Sequence record: PZ445439.1
Origin: a phage
Direction: 5' to 3' (one strand)
DNA length: 64,000 nt
The position numbers and the translations under genes were made by a program. Each line of letters opens with the position of its first letter. The stretch's first letter is position 1. The notes beneath the pieces were generated by a model. That model saw only the letters and a program-made list of their open reading frames with translations. It made no database searches and had not been told where the DNA came from. Shown here one piece after another: positions 1 through 11,098 of the stretch.

Positions 1-80
1 TGTTTCCAGAGGCAAATAGTATCAATAGAACCTGCAATACCATTAGAAACATATTTACGTTCAAAGTTGATGTAGTTCAT
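1..80 (-). CDS. hypothetical protein, N-terminal fragment (gene continues past left edge of window)
   Basis: ATG near 78-80 with GGAGA Shine-Dalgarno upstream; frame open to position 1. Confidence 0.3.
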   Translation of the reverse strand, partial: MNYINFERKYVSNGIAGSIDTICLWK

Positions 81-147
81 TTTATTCTCCAAGATGTTTA
101 ATTGCGGTACAGGTATATAATATCATATCCTGTACCAAAGTAAACAA

Positions 148-480
148 TTATTTTACTACTTTCCAATGCTGCATGTCAAGTTTACCAACTTTTTTCATCT
201 TCTCAATTAAGCGTTCTGCACGTTGGCGAGCTGTAACATAATGCCATTCGCCTAATTCATTTTGTTCAATTTTTCCAACGATTACTGTATTCAATTCATA
301 AATCCAACCAGTAAAGAAATTATGAACTTGAATTGTAAAGGTGAAATCTGTTCCCATACCTTCTGTTGTTTCTACTTCAATAATATCACCTTCAACTGCC
401 ATTAAGAACCACATAGTTTCATTATATTTACCATTGAAGCATTTAGTTTTAACTGCAGCGTTCAGATTAATCGTTTTCAT
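148..480 (-). CDS. hypothetical protein, 110 aa
   Basis: track ORF with ATG start and GGAGAATAAA-ATG ribosome-binding site. Confidence 0.6.
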   Translation of the reverse strand: MKTINLNAAVKTKCFNGKYNETMWFLMAVEGDIIEVETTEGMGTDFTFTIQVHNFFTGWIYELNTVIVGKIEQNELGEWHYVTARQRAERLIEKMKKVGKLDMQHWKVVK

Positions 481-504
481 TTTATTCTCCTTTGTTTGTG
501 TAAG

Positions 505-537
505 ATAATACTATCACAAAGGAACCATACTGTAAAC
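505..537 (-). promoter_or_regulatory. T4 early-type promoter candidate (GTTTAC -35, TAGTAT -10)
   Basis: GTTTAC, 18 nt spacer, TAGTAT upstream of ORF 148..480. Confidence 0.3.
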
Positions 538-561
538 AACTTTGTGCAATCTTTGGAAAAT

Positions 562-585
562 AAAAAAGGACTCCCGAAGGAGTCC
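562..585 (-). terminator. intrinsic terminator (GGACUCC-UUCG-GGAGUCC then U tract)
   Basis: 7 bp stem with UUCG tetraloop followed by U run on minus-strand RNA, directly after ORF 591..767. Confidence 0.5.
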
Positions 586-590
586 TCAAC

Positions 591-767
591 TTATGCTTTC
601 TGCTTACCAAAACGAGAAGCATCATCTCGAAGAACCGCACGTGCTCGGCGCATGATCTTCTCAACAGTTTGATTGATACGAGAGTTCGACCCACGCTTGT
701 AGCCAGCGCGTTTAGAATCACCAACTTTCTTTTCAACTGCTTTCTTTGCTTTAGCTTGTTTTGCCAT
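591..767 (-). CDS. small highly basic protein, about 58 aa (start taken at internal Met of track ORF 591..809)
   Basis: Lys/Arg-rich ORF followed immediately by a terminator; overlapping track ORF 482..736 runs through the hairpin. Confidence 0.4.
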   Translation of the reverse strand: MAKQAKAKKAVEKKVGDSKRAGYKRGSNSRINQTVEKIMRRARAVLRDDASRFGKQKA

Positions 768-1055
768 TATAAATTCTCTTTTAAATGAAAATGCAGGACT
801 TATTGGCATTGCCTGCGAAAGCCCTCAAAGGGGTACTTAGGTTTTGAATATTTACCGACAGGATAACCATAAACCCGTCATCATACCACCAAGACTTACA
901 CAGATAACACTTTTCTGACGCATGATAGTAACATTCAAGAGGTACACCATAAAACTGCCGGGGTCTTAAAACTATAATGATTCGCAAATCATTAATCAGA
1001 CAGTTCGACGGCTCCTCGTTTTAACTTCACACTAAGGCAGTGACTCTCCAATAAA

Positions 1056-1304
1056 TTACTTCAGTGTTACCACAAAGTGACGAACTGCTTTTCGTGCGGC
1101 AGAAGCCAGAGGCTTAGCATATTTAAGTTCATCTTTTTCCTGAAGCTCAGCAGCTAATGCAGTTTGAGCAGGATTCAGATGTTTGAAATAACGCAGGATT
1201 TCAAGAGCTTCGGCTTCAACATCAATAGATGCGCCATAGTTTTCGTGACCATTATTCCATGCGTTTCGTTGCAGTTCAAGAGCGTGTTGTAATTGTTTAA
1301 TCAT
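1056..1304 (-). CDS. rIII: RIII lysis-inhibition accessory protein
   Basis: 82 aa, matches recalled T4 RIII sequence and position next to gene 31. Confidence 0.8.
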   Translation of the reverse strand: MIKQLQHALELQRNAWNNGHENYGASIDVEAEALEILRYFKHLNPAQTALAAELQEKDELKYAKPLASAARKAVRHFVVTLK

Positions 1305-1451
1305 TTAAAAATTCTCGTTAGAGATTAAAACTCGGTAGTCACGTTCTTCTGAATTTCATCTTCTTTCGACAGATCTCTCAGTTGTAGACTACCACATAGA
1401 ATTGTTCGGTTAACTTATTATTCCGACACCCAATTCATATTATTATTTATA

Positions 1452-1787
1452 TCACTTATAAAGACACGGAATAGCTTTATAATGACAGGTAACGAATTTT
1501 TGTTTAATTTCTTTTGGCTGCTTAAGACCCAGAGCTACAAAAGGATGCGGAACATTTCGAATTTGACCAACTGGAAGAGAAGTCAAATCACCAACTTCAC
1601 AAAAACCTTCAGGAACATCAGGACCGACAGAGTGAATTACGCACAGTTCAGGAACTTCACCTTGAACACGTTTACCGATAATAAGCCCTGATTCTGTAAC
1701 TTCTTCATCACCGGCTTGTGCAGGTTCAGAAACTAAAATAACATATTCACCGACAGCACGAATTGGTAGCTGTTGTACTTCAGACAT
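1452..1787 (-). CDS. 31: gp31 co-chaperonin (GroES analogue) for capsid folding
   Basis: 111 aa, matches recalled T4 gp31. Confidence 0.9.
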   Translation of the reverse strand: MSEVQQLPIRAVGEYVILVSEPAQAGDEEVTESGLIIGKRVQGEVPELCVIHSVGPDVPEGFCEVGDLTSLPVGQIRNVPHPFVALGLKQPKEIKQKFVTCHYKAIPCLYK

Positions 1788-1817
1788 CGTTTTTCCTTTT
1801 TGTTAACAGATGAGTTA

Positions 1818-1845
1818 ATAATAACAAATAATTCTTAAAGCATTT
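1818..1845 (-). promoter_or_regulatory. MotA-dependent middle promoter candidate (AAATGCTTTA box, 12 nt, TATTAT)
   Basis: MotA-box-like TGCTTTA about 12 nt upstream of a -10 hexamer, about 30 nt before gene 31 ATG. Confidence 0.35.
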
Positions 1846-2152
1846 ATTTACCAATAAATTGGAGCAAATGCTCAACTTTCATACCATTAACTGAAATCAA
1901 TTTGTCAATAGAAAAACCTCGCCATGCACCGAGTTCAACATCAAATACTGGAATCATATCAGTAGATTCTTTCCGAGTAGATTCAGTCAATTTACCGGTT
2001 TGCATGGTTGGCATAAAGTCAGCATCACGAGTACCTTTCATAGTACGAATAGTACCATCAGACTTTTCAAAAACTACGTTTGAAATACCCATGGACAATT
2101 TAGTTTTCAAAATTTCGCGAATTGCTACTTTCTGGTCAGTCGTCAGTTTCAT
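1844..2152 (-). CDS. hypothetical protein, 102 aa (31.1 position)
   Basis: track ORF, ATG start, tightly packed with neighbours. Confidence 0.55.
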   Translation of the reverse strand: MKLTTDQKVAIREILKTKLSMGISNVVFEKSDGTIRTMKGTRDADFMPTMQTGKLTESTRKESTDMIPVFDVELGAWRGFSIDKLISVNGMKVEHLLQFIGK

Positions 2153-2389
2153 TTATTTACCTATTACAGTTTTAATATGAGTTGTTCCACGTTCTTTAAG
2201 AGTGGAAAGTAATTTTTGGCATTTTTCTAAATCAGATTTCCAACTGTGTGGTCTATCAATACAAACCCAGCTTGTCTTATAATACTGCTTCCATTTAGAG
2301 AAAAAATATTTCTTATACTCTACAGCAAATGCAATGTTCTCATTAGAATAAGAACTGATTGCTGTGAGCTGTACCAAACGAAATTTCAT
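2153..2389 (-). CDS. hypothetical protein, 78 aa (31.2 position)
   Basis: track ORF, ATG start. Confidence 0.5.
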   Translation of the reverse strand: MKFRLVQLTAISSYSNENIAFAVEYKKYFFSKWKQYYKTSWVCIDRPHSWKSDLEKCQKLLSTLKERGTTHIKTVIGK

Positions 2390-2970
2390 TATTCACCACA
2401 GAATTCGTTGATATTTTCCCAGTTTAACTTATTCAAGTTTTTCTTAGGAACATTAAACACTTCAATACCTGCATTTCGCAGAATATCATCCCAGCCGGGT
2501 TTATTTTTATCGTATGTTTCACAATAAACCAGCTTTTTAATACCGGATTGAGCTATCGCTTTTGCGCAATCTGGACAAGGAGAAAGTGTTACATACATAG
2601 TAGCACCTTCAATTGAAGAACCATTTCGTGCAGCAAACAAAATTGCATTTAGTTCAGCATGAATTTCATTTTTAGACGACCATTCAGAGTGAGCACTGCG
2701 ATGTTCTTTCGCCAAGACAAAGCGATCAGTTGAACCAAACGATACACATTCAGGCTTATGACCTTGAATGATAGTATGTTTAGGCTTATTCAGCAACCAA
2801 CCTTGCTCAGCAGCATAATCGCAGCAATTCACACCGCCTGCAGGCGAACCGTTATATCCAGTAGAAATAATACGTCCATTCTTTTCAATTACTGCTCCTA
2901 CCTTCCAAGAGCAACATTTTGATTCTTGTGATACTAAATATGCAATTTGAAGTACTGTACTCGCTTTCAT
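2389..2970 (-). CDS. cd: dCMP deaminase
   Basis: 193 aa with HAELNAI and PCxxC zinc-deaminase motifs; ATGA overlap with upstream ORF. Confidence 0.9.
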   Translation of the reverse strand: MKASTVLQIAYLVSQESKCCSWKVGAVIEKNGRIISTGYNGSPAGGVNCCDYAAEQGWLLNKPKHTIIQGHKPECVSFGSTDRFVLAKEHRSAHSEWSSKNEIHAELNAILFAARNGSSIEGATMYVTLSPCPDCAKAIAQSGIKKLVYCETYDKNKPGWDDILRNAGIEVFNVPKKNLNKLNWENINEFCGE

Positions 2971-3305
2971 TTCATAATCACCAGATAAGCAGATTTAGCA
3001 GTTTCAACACGATAAATTTCGTGACGAAGTTTAGTTATACTTTTAATAACAGAACTAATTATATTCTGCCCATCTTTAAAGCGGTTTTTCTTATCAATAA
3101 AAATTGCACCAGCCATCTTTTTGTGAAGCTCAACTGGATACTTCGTCACAATAATAGCATCATACACAGAAGGATGAATACTATTCACTAGAGTATCATT
3201 CATTAAAGTTATTCTAATGAACTGTGCTGTTTCAGAATCAAGCGCTCTATGATCGCCAGTATCATTTTCAAGACAATTATCAATTATATCAGTTAAATTC
3301 ATCAT
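2967..3305 (-). CDS. hypothetical protein, 112 aa (cd.1 region)
   Basis: track ORF, ATG start. Confidence 0.5.
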   Translation of the reverse strand: MMNLTDIIDNCLENDTGDHRALDSETAQFIRITLMNDTLVNSIHPSVYDAIIVTKYPVELHKKMAGAIFIDKKNRFKDGQNIISSVIKSITKLRHEIYRVETAKSAYLVIMK

Positions 3306-3538
3306 AGTACGCCATACACCCTTTGTGCTTCAACTAATCCATCAAAATCCAGTTTAAGATGTGTTATTTGGTCACCATCGCCTGGATTCACAATTACTAA
3401 TACTGAACGAGGAGTTTCGGTAATAACACGAACCGATGTTTCAGGAAATCGTTCAGAAACCTTATTTACCAATTCCTGAGCAAATAGTTTAACTTTTTCT
3501 TGGAATTCTTTAGTAGTAATTGGTTTTTCACTTAGCAT
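3302..3538 (-). CDS. hypothetical protein, 78 aa
   Basis: track ORF, ATG start, 4 nt overlap with neighbour. Confidence 0.5.
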   Translation of the reverse strand: MLSEKPITTKEFQEKVKLFAQELVNKVSERFPETSVRVITETPRSVLVIVNPGDGDQITHLKLDFDGLVEAQRVYGVL

Positions 3539-3789
3539 GTTGATCCCAGCTCCTTACTTTCAACGTTTTTAACTAATTTGACAGAAACTAATTCGGCATC
3601 TTGGGTAATCATTACCGGGCCTTCTTCATATTTTTCAAGATATTCTAGAGCTTTCTTTTTAGCTTCTTCCTTCGTATCAGTTTGAGCATAGATATAAAAC
3701 ATGCAACCAGTAATACCTACTACTTTCCACTTAATTTCTTTATCAGTTTTAAAGCGATAAACCTTATCTTCTTCAAACCATTCGCTCAT
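3532..3789 (-). CDS. hypothetical protein, 85 aa
   Basis: track ORF, ATG start. Confidence 0.5.
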   Translation of the reverse strand: MSEWFEEDKVYRFKTDKEIKWKVVGITGCMFYIYAQTDTKEEAKKKALEYLEKYEEGPVMITQDAELVSVKLVKNVESKELGSTC

Positions 3790-3819
3790 TTCAATTTCCT
3801 CATTTGTTTTGGTAGAGCT

Positions 3820-3849
3820 ATAATATCACAACTCTACCGTAAAGTAAAC
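3820..3849 (-). promoter_or_regulatory. early-type promoter candidate, -10 inside a 7 bp inverted repeat
   Basis: GTTTAC, 18 nt, TATTAT; flanking inverted repeat GGTAGAG/CTCTACC. Confidence 0.3.
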
Positions 3850-3851
3850 TA

Positions 3852-4127
3852 TTAAATCGCTTTGAATTCTGACGTCTGTGATTCAAAGCGAATGTCGCCT
3901 TTGATAACTAACTCAGCATCAAGACCAAATACAACAATGATATGCGCGGAACCTGGATACAGCGTAATGGCAACAGAATCCACCTGGTCTGGAAGCAAAG
4001 TGTTTAATACATGAGTCACTTGAGCATGGATTCGAAGTTCGGCTGCGTTATCAAGCTTTTCAAACATATTATTAGCGATAATTTGACTAAACACTACTTC
4101 TACGATTTTAGAATAAGTCGGAAACAT
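3852..4127 (-). CDS. hypothetical protein, 91 aa
   Basis: track ORF, ATG start. Confidence 0.5.
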   Translation of the reverse strand: MFPTYSKIVEVVFSQIIANNMFEKLDNAAELRIHAQVTHVLNTLLPDQVDSVAITLYPGSAHIIVVFGLDAELVIKGDIRFESQTSEFKAI

Positions 4128-4129
4128 AT

Positions 4130-4322
4130 TTACCTCACATAATTTTCTTCAAGCCAATCAATAACATCCAAAGCGTTATCAAAAGTTGAACCATCTACTT
4201 TGTCTTCTGTTTCATAATCAAGAACATCTAAGCCTACTCTTCCGTCAACAATAGGCCATAAACAAAATAGATATTTCTTTTCTTTTTCAATTTTATCACA
4301 AAGACGATAAATCTTTTCTATG

Positions 4323-4330
<8 letters not shown>
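4130..4330 (-). CDS. hypothetical protein, 66 aa
   Basis: track ORF, ATG start. Confidence 0.45.
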
Positions 4331-5723
<1,393 letters not shown>

Positions 5724-5727
<4 letters not shown>

Positions 5728-5954
5728 TTATTTTTCTCAACCAATGATTGAATATAATCATGCAGGTCTTTAGATGCTTTACCCCACTTATTTTGGTATT
5801 CATTTTTAAGATTAGCACGTGATTGAGCTAATAAAACATCATTAGTTGGAGGTAAAGATTCTAATCGTTGAATCTGACGTCCATAAATCATTGCTGCCAT
5901 CTCTGATTCATAAATCAATCCTTTGAGATGTTCAAATTGATGCCATGAAATCAT
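5724..5954 (-). CDS. hypothetical protein, 76 aa
   Basis: track ORF, ATG start. Confidence 0.45.
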
Positions 5955-6250
5955 TTACATTTATCCTCTTTTAACTCTTGACGATAATAACATATCATAG
6001 TTTTCTGGTCATGTACATATCGTTTTACATCATTAAGCCAAATACGAAATTCCTGAGAATCTTCAAATGGCATACCGACCCAAGCTTTACCATCGATAAC
6101 TTTAACTTGCCAAGATAGTTTAGCTTCGTCATATGACTTTATTTGCACAGGCCAATTAGGATGAACTGTTTCTTTCTTTACTTCTAGAGGCTTTGTCGAA
6201 CAACCAACTAGAAGACCAATAGATAATATTACTGCTGATAGTTTAATCAT
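5951..6250 (-). CDS. pseT.2: o-spanin-like outer-membrane lipoprotein (Rz1 equivalent)
   Basis: signal peptide with LVGC lipobox; immediately downstream of i-spanin-like gene. Confidence 0.6.
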   Translation of the reverse strand: MIKLSAVILSIGLLVGCSTKPLEVKKETVHPNWPVQIKSYDEAKLSWQVKVIDGKAWVGMPFEDSQEFRIWLNDVKRYVHDQKTMICYYRQELKEDKCK

Positions 6251-6600
6251 TTAGAAAGGTCCTGGATGTCTTCTGCGAACTTGTTGAAGGAGTTGTTGAT
6301 TTGTTTTTCAACCAATCCTGGCTTATGAGCCACCACATCCGCCTTCTTTGCGTCTTTGCGCAGCTTTTCATTTTCACGCTCAATTGCAGCAATTGATTCA
6401 CGATTTTTATTATTCATTGCATCAATATAATTATATTGATTTTTTAAATCATTTAATGCTAAGGCGTTTTCATTGGCCGTTTTTGTAATTTCTACAACAG
6501 ACGTTTCTAATCTTTCAATTTTATTTTTTAAAATTAAAGAAGTTCCGCCCAATGCAATTACAATTAATAACAAGCCTGCTGTCGTATTACTTAATTGCAT
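6247..6600 (-). CDS. pseT.3: i-spanin-like protein (Rz equivalent): N-terminal TM helix plus coiled coil
   Basis: hydrophobic N-terminus then charged helical region; 4 nt overlap with o-spanin gene. Confidence 0.6.
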   Translation of the reverse strand: MQLSNTTAGLLLIVIALGGTSLILKNKIERLETSVVEITKTANENALALNDLKNQYNYIDAMNNKNRESIAAIERENEKLRKDAKKADVVAHKPGLVEKQINNSFNKFAEDIQDLSK

Positions 6601-7097
6601 AAAGTTTTAATAACCTCTATAATATCGTCTTGAGAAAGACCGTTAATTAAAATATGATGTTCCGCCGGAGATTTAGAAATTTTAAAGCATGCCGCAACAT
6701 CTTCTGCCATATCTGATGCGCTACGATTTGGATTACTAATTCCAAGACGATGTTTTCCCGTTAAAGGATTAACGATAATATAGCATTTACAGCTATTGAT
6801 ATGAACATTAGGTTGAGTCTGATTAATGAACACTTCACAATCATACTTAGCGAGTTGATTTTCTAAAAAGACTTTCATCTCCTCAACCGCATCAGGAAGC
6901 ATATCACGGGCTTGCTCAAGACGACGATTTCGATATTCTTTAATGGTCGTTTTCCGCTTGACTTGCTTAGCTAAATCTTTCTTAAGATCGGTGATATATC
7001 CAACTCGACGATTTCCTTTGAATACAGAAATCCCATCTGTAGTATCACCGTATGCTTCAACGACCATTTCAGTAGTAATAAGCTGTAAATCCATCAT
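6591..7097 (-). CDS. alc: Alc (blocks host transcription on cytosine DNA)
   Basis: about 167 aa, position between pseT region and rnlA; matches recollection of T4 Alc. Confidence 0.75.
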   Translation of the reverse strand: MMDLQLITTEMVVEAYGDTTDGISVFKGNRRVGYITDLKKDLAKQVKRKTTIKEYRNRRLEQARDMLPDAVEEMKVFLENQLAKYDCEVFINQTQPNVHINSCKCYIIVNPLTGKHRLGISNPNRSASDMAEDVAACFKISKSPAEHHILINGLSQDDIIEVIKTLCN

Positions 7098-7158
7098 AAA
7101 GTCCTCATGTTATGTCAGTAAGACTACTGTAACACAACATGAGGGACTTGTAAACAGC

Positions 7159-8746
<1,588 letters not shown>

Positions 8747-8773
8747 AATAAAATGGGCCTTGCGGCCCACTCC

Positions 8774-9276
8774 TTAAAAATATTTTTTAAAACTCATCAT
8801 AACTTTATCATCAACATCATTATCAATCTGTGCAACAAGATAAGATGACAGTTCTACTTCTTGTGGCGCGGATTGAACATTATCAGAATTAAGATATTCA
8901 CGAATCCAAGGATATGGGTGTTTAACCGGAGCATCGGTAATTGGGCATGGAAGACCACACTGTTTCATACGAGATACAGTTAAGTAATCAATAAAGCTCC
9001 ACATGTTATTTGTATTTAATCCAGGAACATCGCCATCTTTAAATAAATGAACTGCCCAATCTTTTTCTTGGCGGTTAACTTCCATGAAAATATCAACTGC
9101 TTCTTGTTCACACTCTTGAGCAATTTTAACCCATTCATCGCCATCAGTGCCAAGTTGAAGTTGACGAATAATATATTGAGTGCCTTTAAGGTGAAGCTGT
9201 TCATCACGTGCAATGAACTTCATAATCTTGGCATTGCCTTCCATGATTTCCATATTCTTGTGGAAGTTAAAGGTAC
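8774..9276 (-). CDS. nrdB: ribonucleotide reductase small subunit, exon 2 (join with 10368..11043)
   Basis: encodes ..TFNFHKNMEIMEGNAKI.. R2 region; exon boundary inferred from codon arithmetic and terminal G of intron. Confidence 0.85.
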
Positions 9277-9412
9277 CGTTATGTTCGATTGAGCTCGCTA
9301 ATTCTCAACCCGTTCTCTTATGAACTGCTACATATTACTATGCAGACCAGACTATATCACAATCCCAGAGGGATTCTCCCCATTTCGAGTCGCTTGACCC
9401 TACGTCCGAAGA

Positions 9413-10222
9413 CTAGTCGTTGAACCTTGCTTTGCAATTGTCGCCGTGCCATCGTTTATATGTTGATGGTGATAAATCTTTCTTATCACAATATGGACAA
9501 TTCAATTGAATTCTATTTGGATTTAATTTACATCTGTCATTATGTTTTAGATAAAATCCAGGACCTTTACCAATGTGACCACAAAAATCACATGTGATTT
9601 CTTTTTGTGCAGGATGGGTCCCGTTCTTAACCATTTCTAATGTTTTTGCTGATGTTCTTTTCTTATGGTCTTCTGATAAGAAATGATGTGAACCGTCATT
9701 TACCCGTTTTGATTGAGTTTCTGACTGCATTTTACCACCGCAAAATACATGAGTACCTTCTTTTATAGCTGCAATATTGCGTTCTTTAACTTTTGCAATA
9801 TGCTCAGCTTGTTGAAAATTATGTATACCTAATGCAACTCTATTTAAATTAGATTTACGCTGTATTTCACCGTCTAAAAGATGAAATGTACCATTTTCTA
9901 TCTTAGATTTAATAGAGGCAATATTTTTAGCTCGTACTTCAGGGATATTAAAAATCTGGATTTCTCTAGATTTTGCGGCTTTAGAAGCTAATTCAGAAAT
10001 TTCTTCAGGAGAATATTTCATTCTAAGCTTTATAGCATGACAAGCCTGGTAATCTTTTTGAGCTAAATGTATATCATAATGTTCCTGTATAGAAAGGCAC
10101 ATCAAATTATCTAAATCATTATTTTCACGGTTACCGTCTTTATGATGGATTTCGTATGTTCTTCCATCAGAATCTTTAGGTATAGGTCCGTTAGCATCTA
10201 TCCAAATTTTTCTATAGTTCAA
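9413..10222 (-). CDS. HNH homing endonuclease, I-TevIII-like, full length 269 aa
   Basis: N-terminal HNH motif (EIHHKDGNRENNDLDNL), C-terminal Cys clusters; located inside the nrdB intron. Confidence 0.8.
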   Translation of the reverse strand: MNYRKIWIDANGPIPKDSDGRTYEIHHKDGNRENNDLDNLMCLSIQEHYDIHLAQKDYQACHAIKLRMKYSPEEISELASKAAKSREIQIFNIPEVRAKNIASIKSKIENGTFHLLDGEIQRKSNLNRVALGIHNFQQAEHIAKVKERNIAAIKEGTHVFCGGKMQSETQSKRVNDGSHHFLSEDHKKRTSAKTLEMVKNGTHPAQKEITCDFCGHIGKGPGFYLKHNDRCKLNPNRIQLNCPYCDKKDLSPSTYKRWHGDNCKARFND

Positions 10223-10249
10223 TTGTGCATCCTCTTAAAAGTATAATCA

Positions 10250-10257
10250 TATTTATA
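10250..10257 (-). promoter_or_regulatory. late promoter TATAAATA inside intron, upstream of endonuclease ORF
   Basis: exact TATAAATA about 28 nt upstream of the ORF start with AAGAGG Shine-Dalgarno between. Confidence 0.35.
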
Positions 10258-10367
10258 TTATACTAATTAAAGGTGCAAGCAAAACCTTGGCTGCTAGTTT
10301 TCCTATAAAGGACTTTCCAGCAATTAAAGGAGTTTTCGATAAACGTTACCGTTTAAAGGCGCATTTT

Positions 10368-11043
10368 ACGCAAAAGATACATAAAAACGAATTGCTTCTA
10401 AGGCATTAATAACGTGCAAACAGAGGTAAAGAGATTTCATTAGCTCACGCTTCCAATATGTCTCATGCTCAATAGCATCTTCAATAACGTCTTCGTCTGC
10501 ATTAATTTCTTTTTGGTATTCGATATCAGCTTTAGCGTTTTCCCAATAACGAGCTTTAACCAGAACATCATCATAATATCGTCCGATAGATTCGGCACGC
10601 TTCATAATAGCTTCATCTAATACAATCTCATCAAACACCTTCGATGGATCGGTATAAAGATTTCGCATAATATGAGTGTACGAACGAGAGTGAATAGTTT
10701 CACTGAATGTCCATGTTGCAACCCACGTATCTAATGAAGGGTCGGAAATCAGTGCCATAAGTACCGCAGATGGGGCCCTGCCTTGGATAGAATCTAATAA
10801 TGATTGATACTTAAGATTGTTTGTAAAGATGTCCTGTTGGAACTGAGGAAGCTTATTGAACTGCGCAGAGTCCAACATCAAGTTTACCTCTTCTGGGCGC
10901 CAGAAAAATGACAATTGCTTTTCAATAAGTTCTTCAAAAACTTTATGTCGCTGAATATCATAACGTGCGAGGCCAAGACCAGAACCAAAGAACATTGGTT
11001 CATTCAAAACATCGACTTGTTGTGTGTTAAAAACTGTACTCAT
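10368..11043 (-). CDS. nrdB: ribonucleotide reductase small subunit, exon 1
   Basis: R2 motifs up to ..NALEAIRFYVSFA then intron. Confidence 0.85.
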
Positions 11044-11098
11044 TATATTTTCTCACTTAGTTATTAACTCATCCATGAGTAAATTATAATCAAAAGTC

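Larger units (their letters stand above)
9277..10367 (-). mobile_element. group I intron in nrdB (about 1091 nt) carrying an HNH homing-endonuclease ORF
   Basis: in-frame stop right after exon 1 codons ..VSFA; conserved R2 sequence resumes 1.1 kb downstream; exon 1 ends in T and intron ends in G. Confidence 0.75.

Noticed and set aside
482-736. 84 aa minus-strand track ORF
   Set aside because: It runs straight through the UUCG terminator hairpin and overlaps the more plausible basic-protein ORF in another frame; no ribosome-binding site seen
1482-1691. 69 aa plus-strand ORF
   Set aside because: Entirely antisense within gene 31, which is confidently identified; low-complexity translation
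9016-9292. Overlapping small ORFs on both strands within nrdB exon 2
   Set aside because: Alternative frames of a conserved R2-coding region
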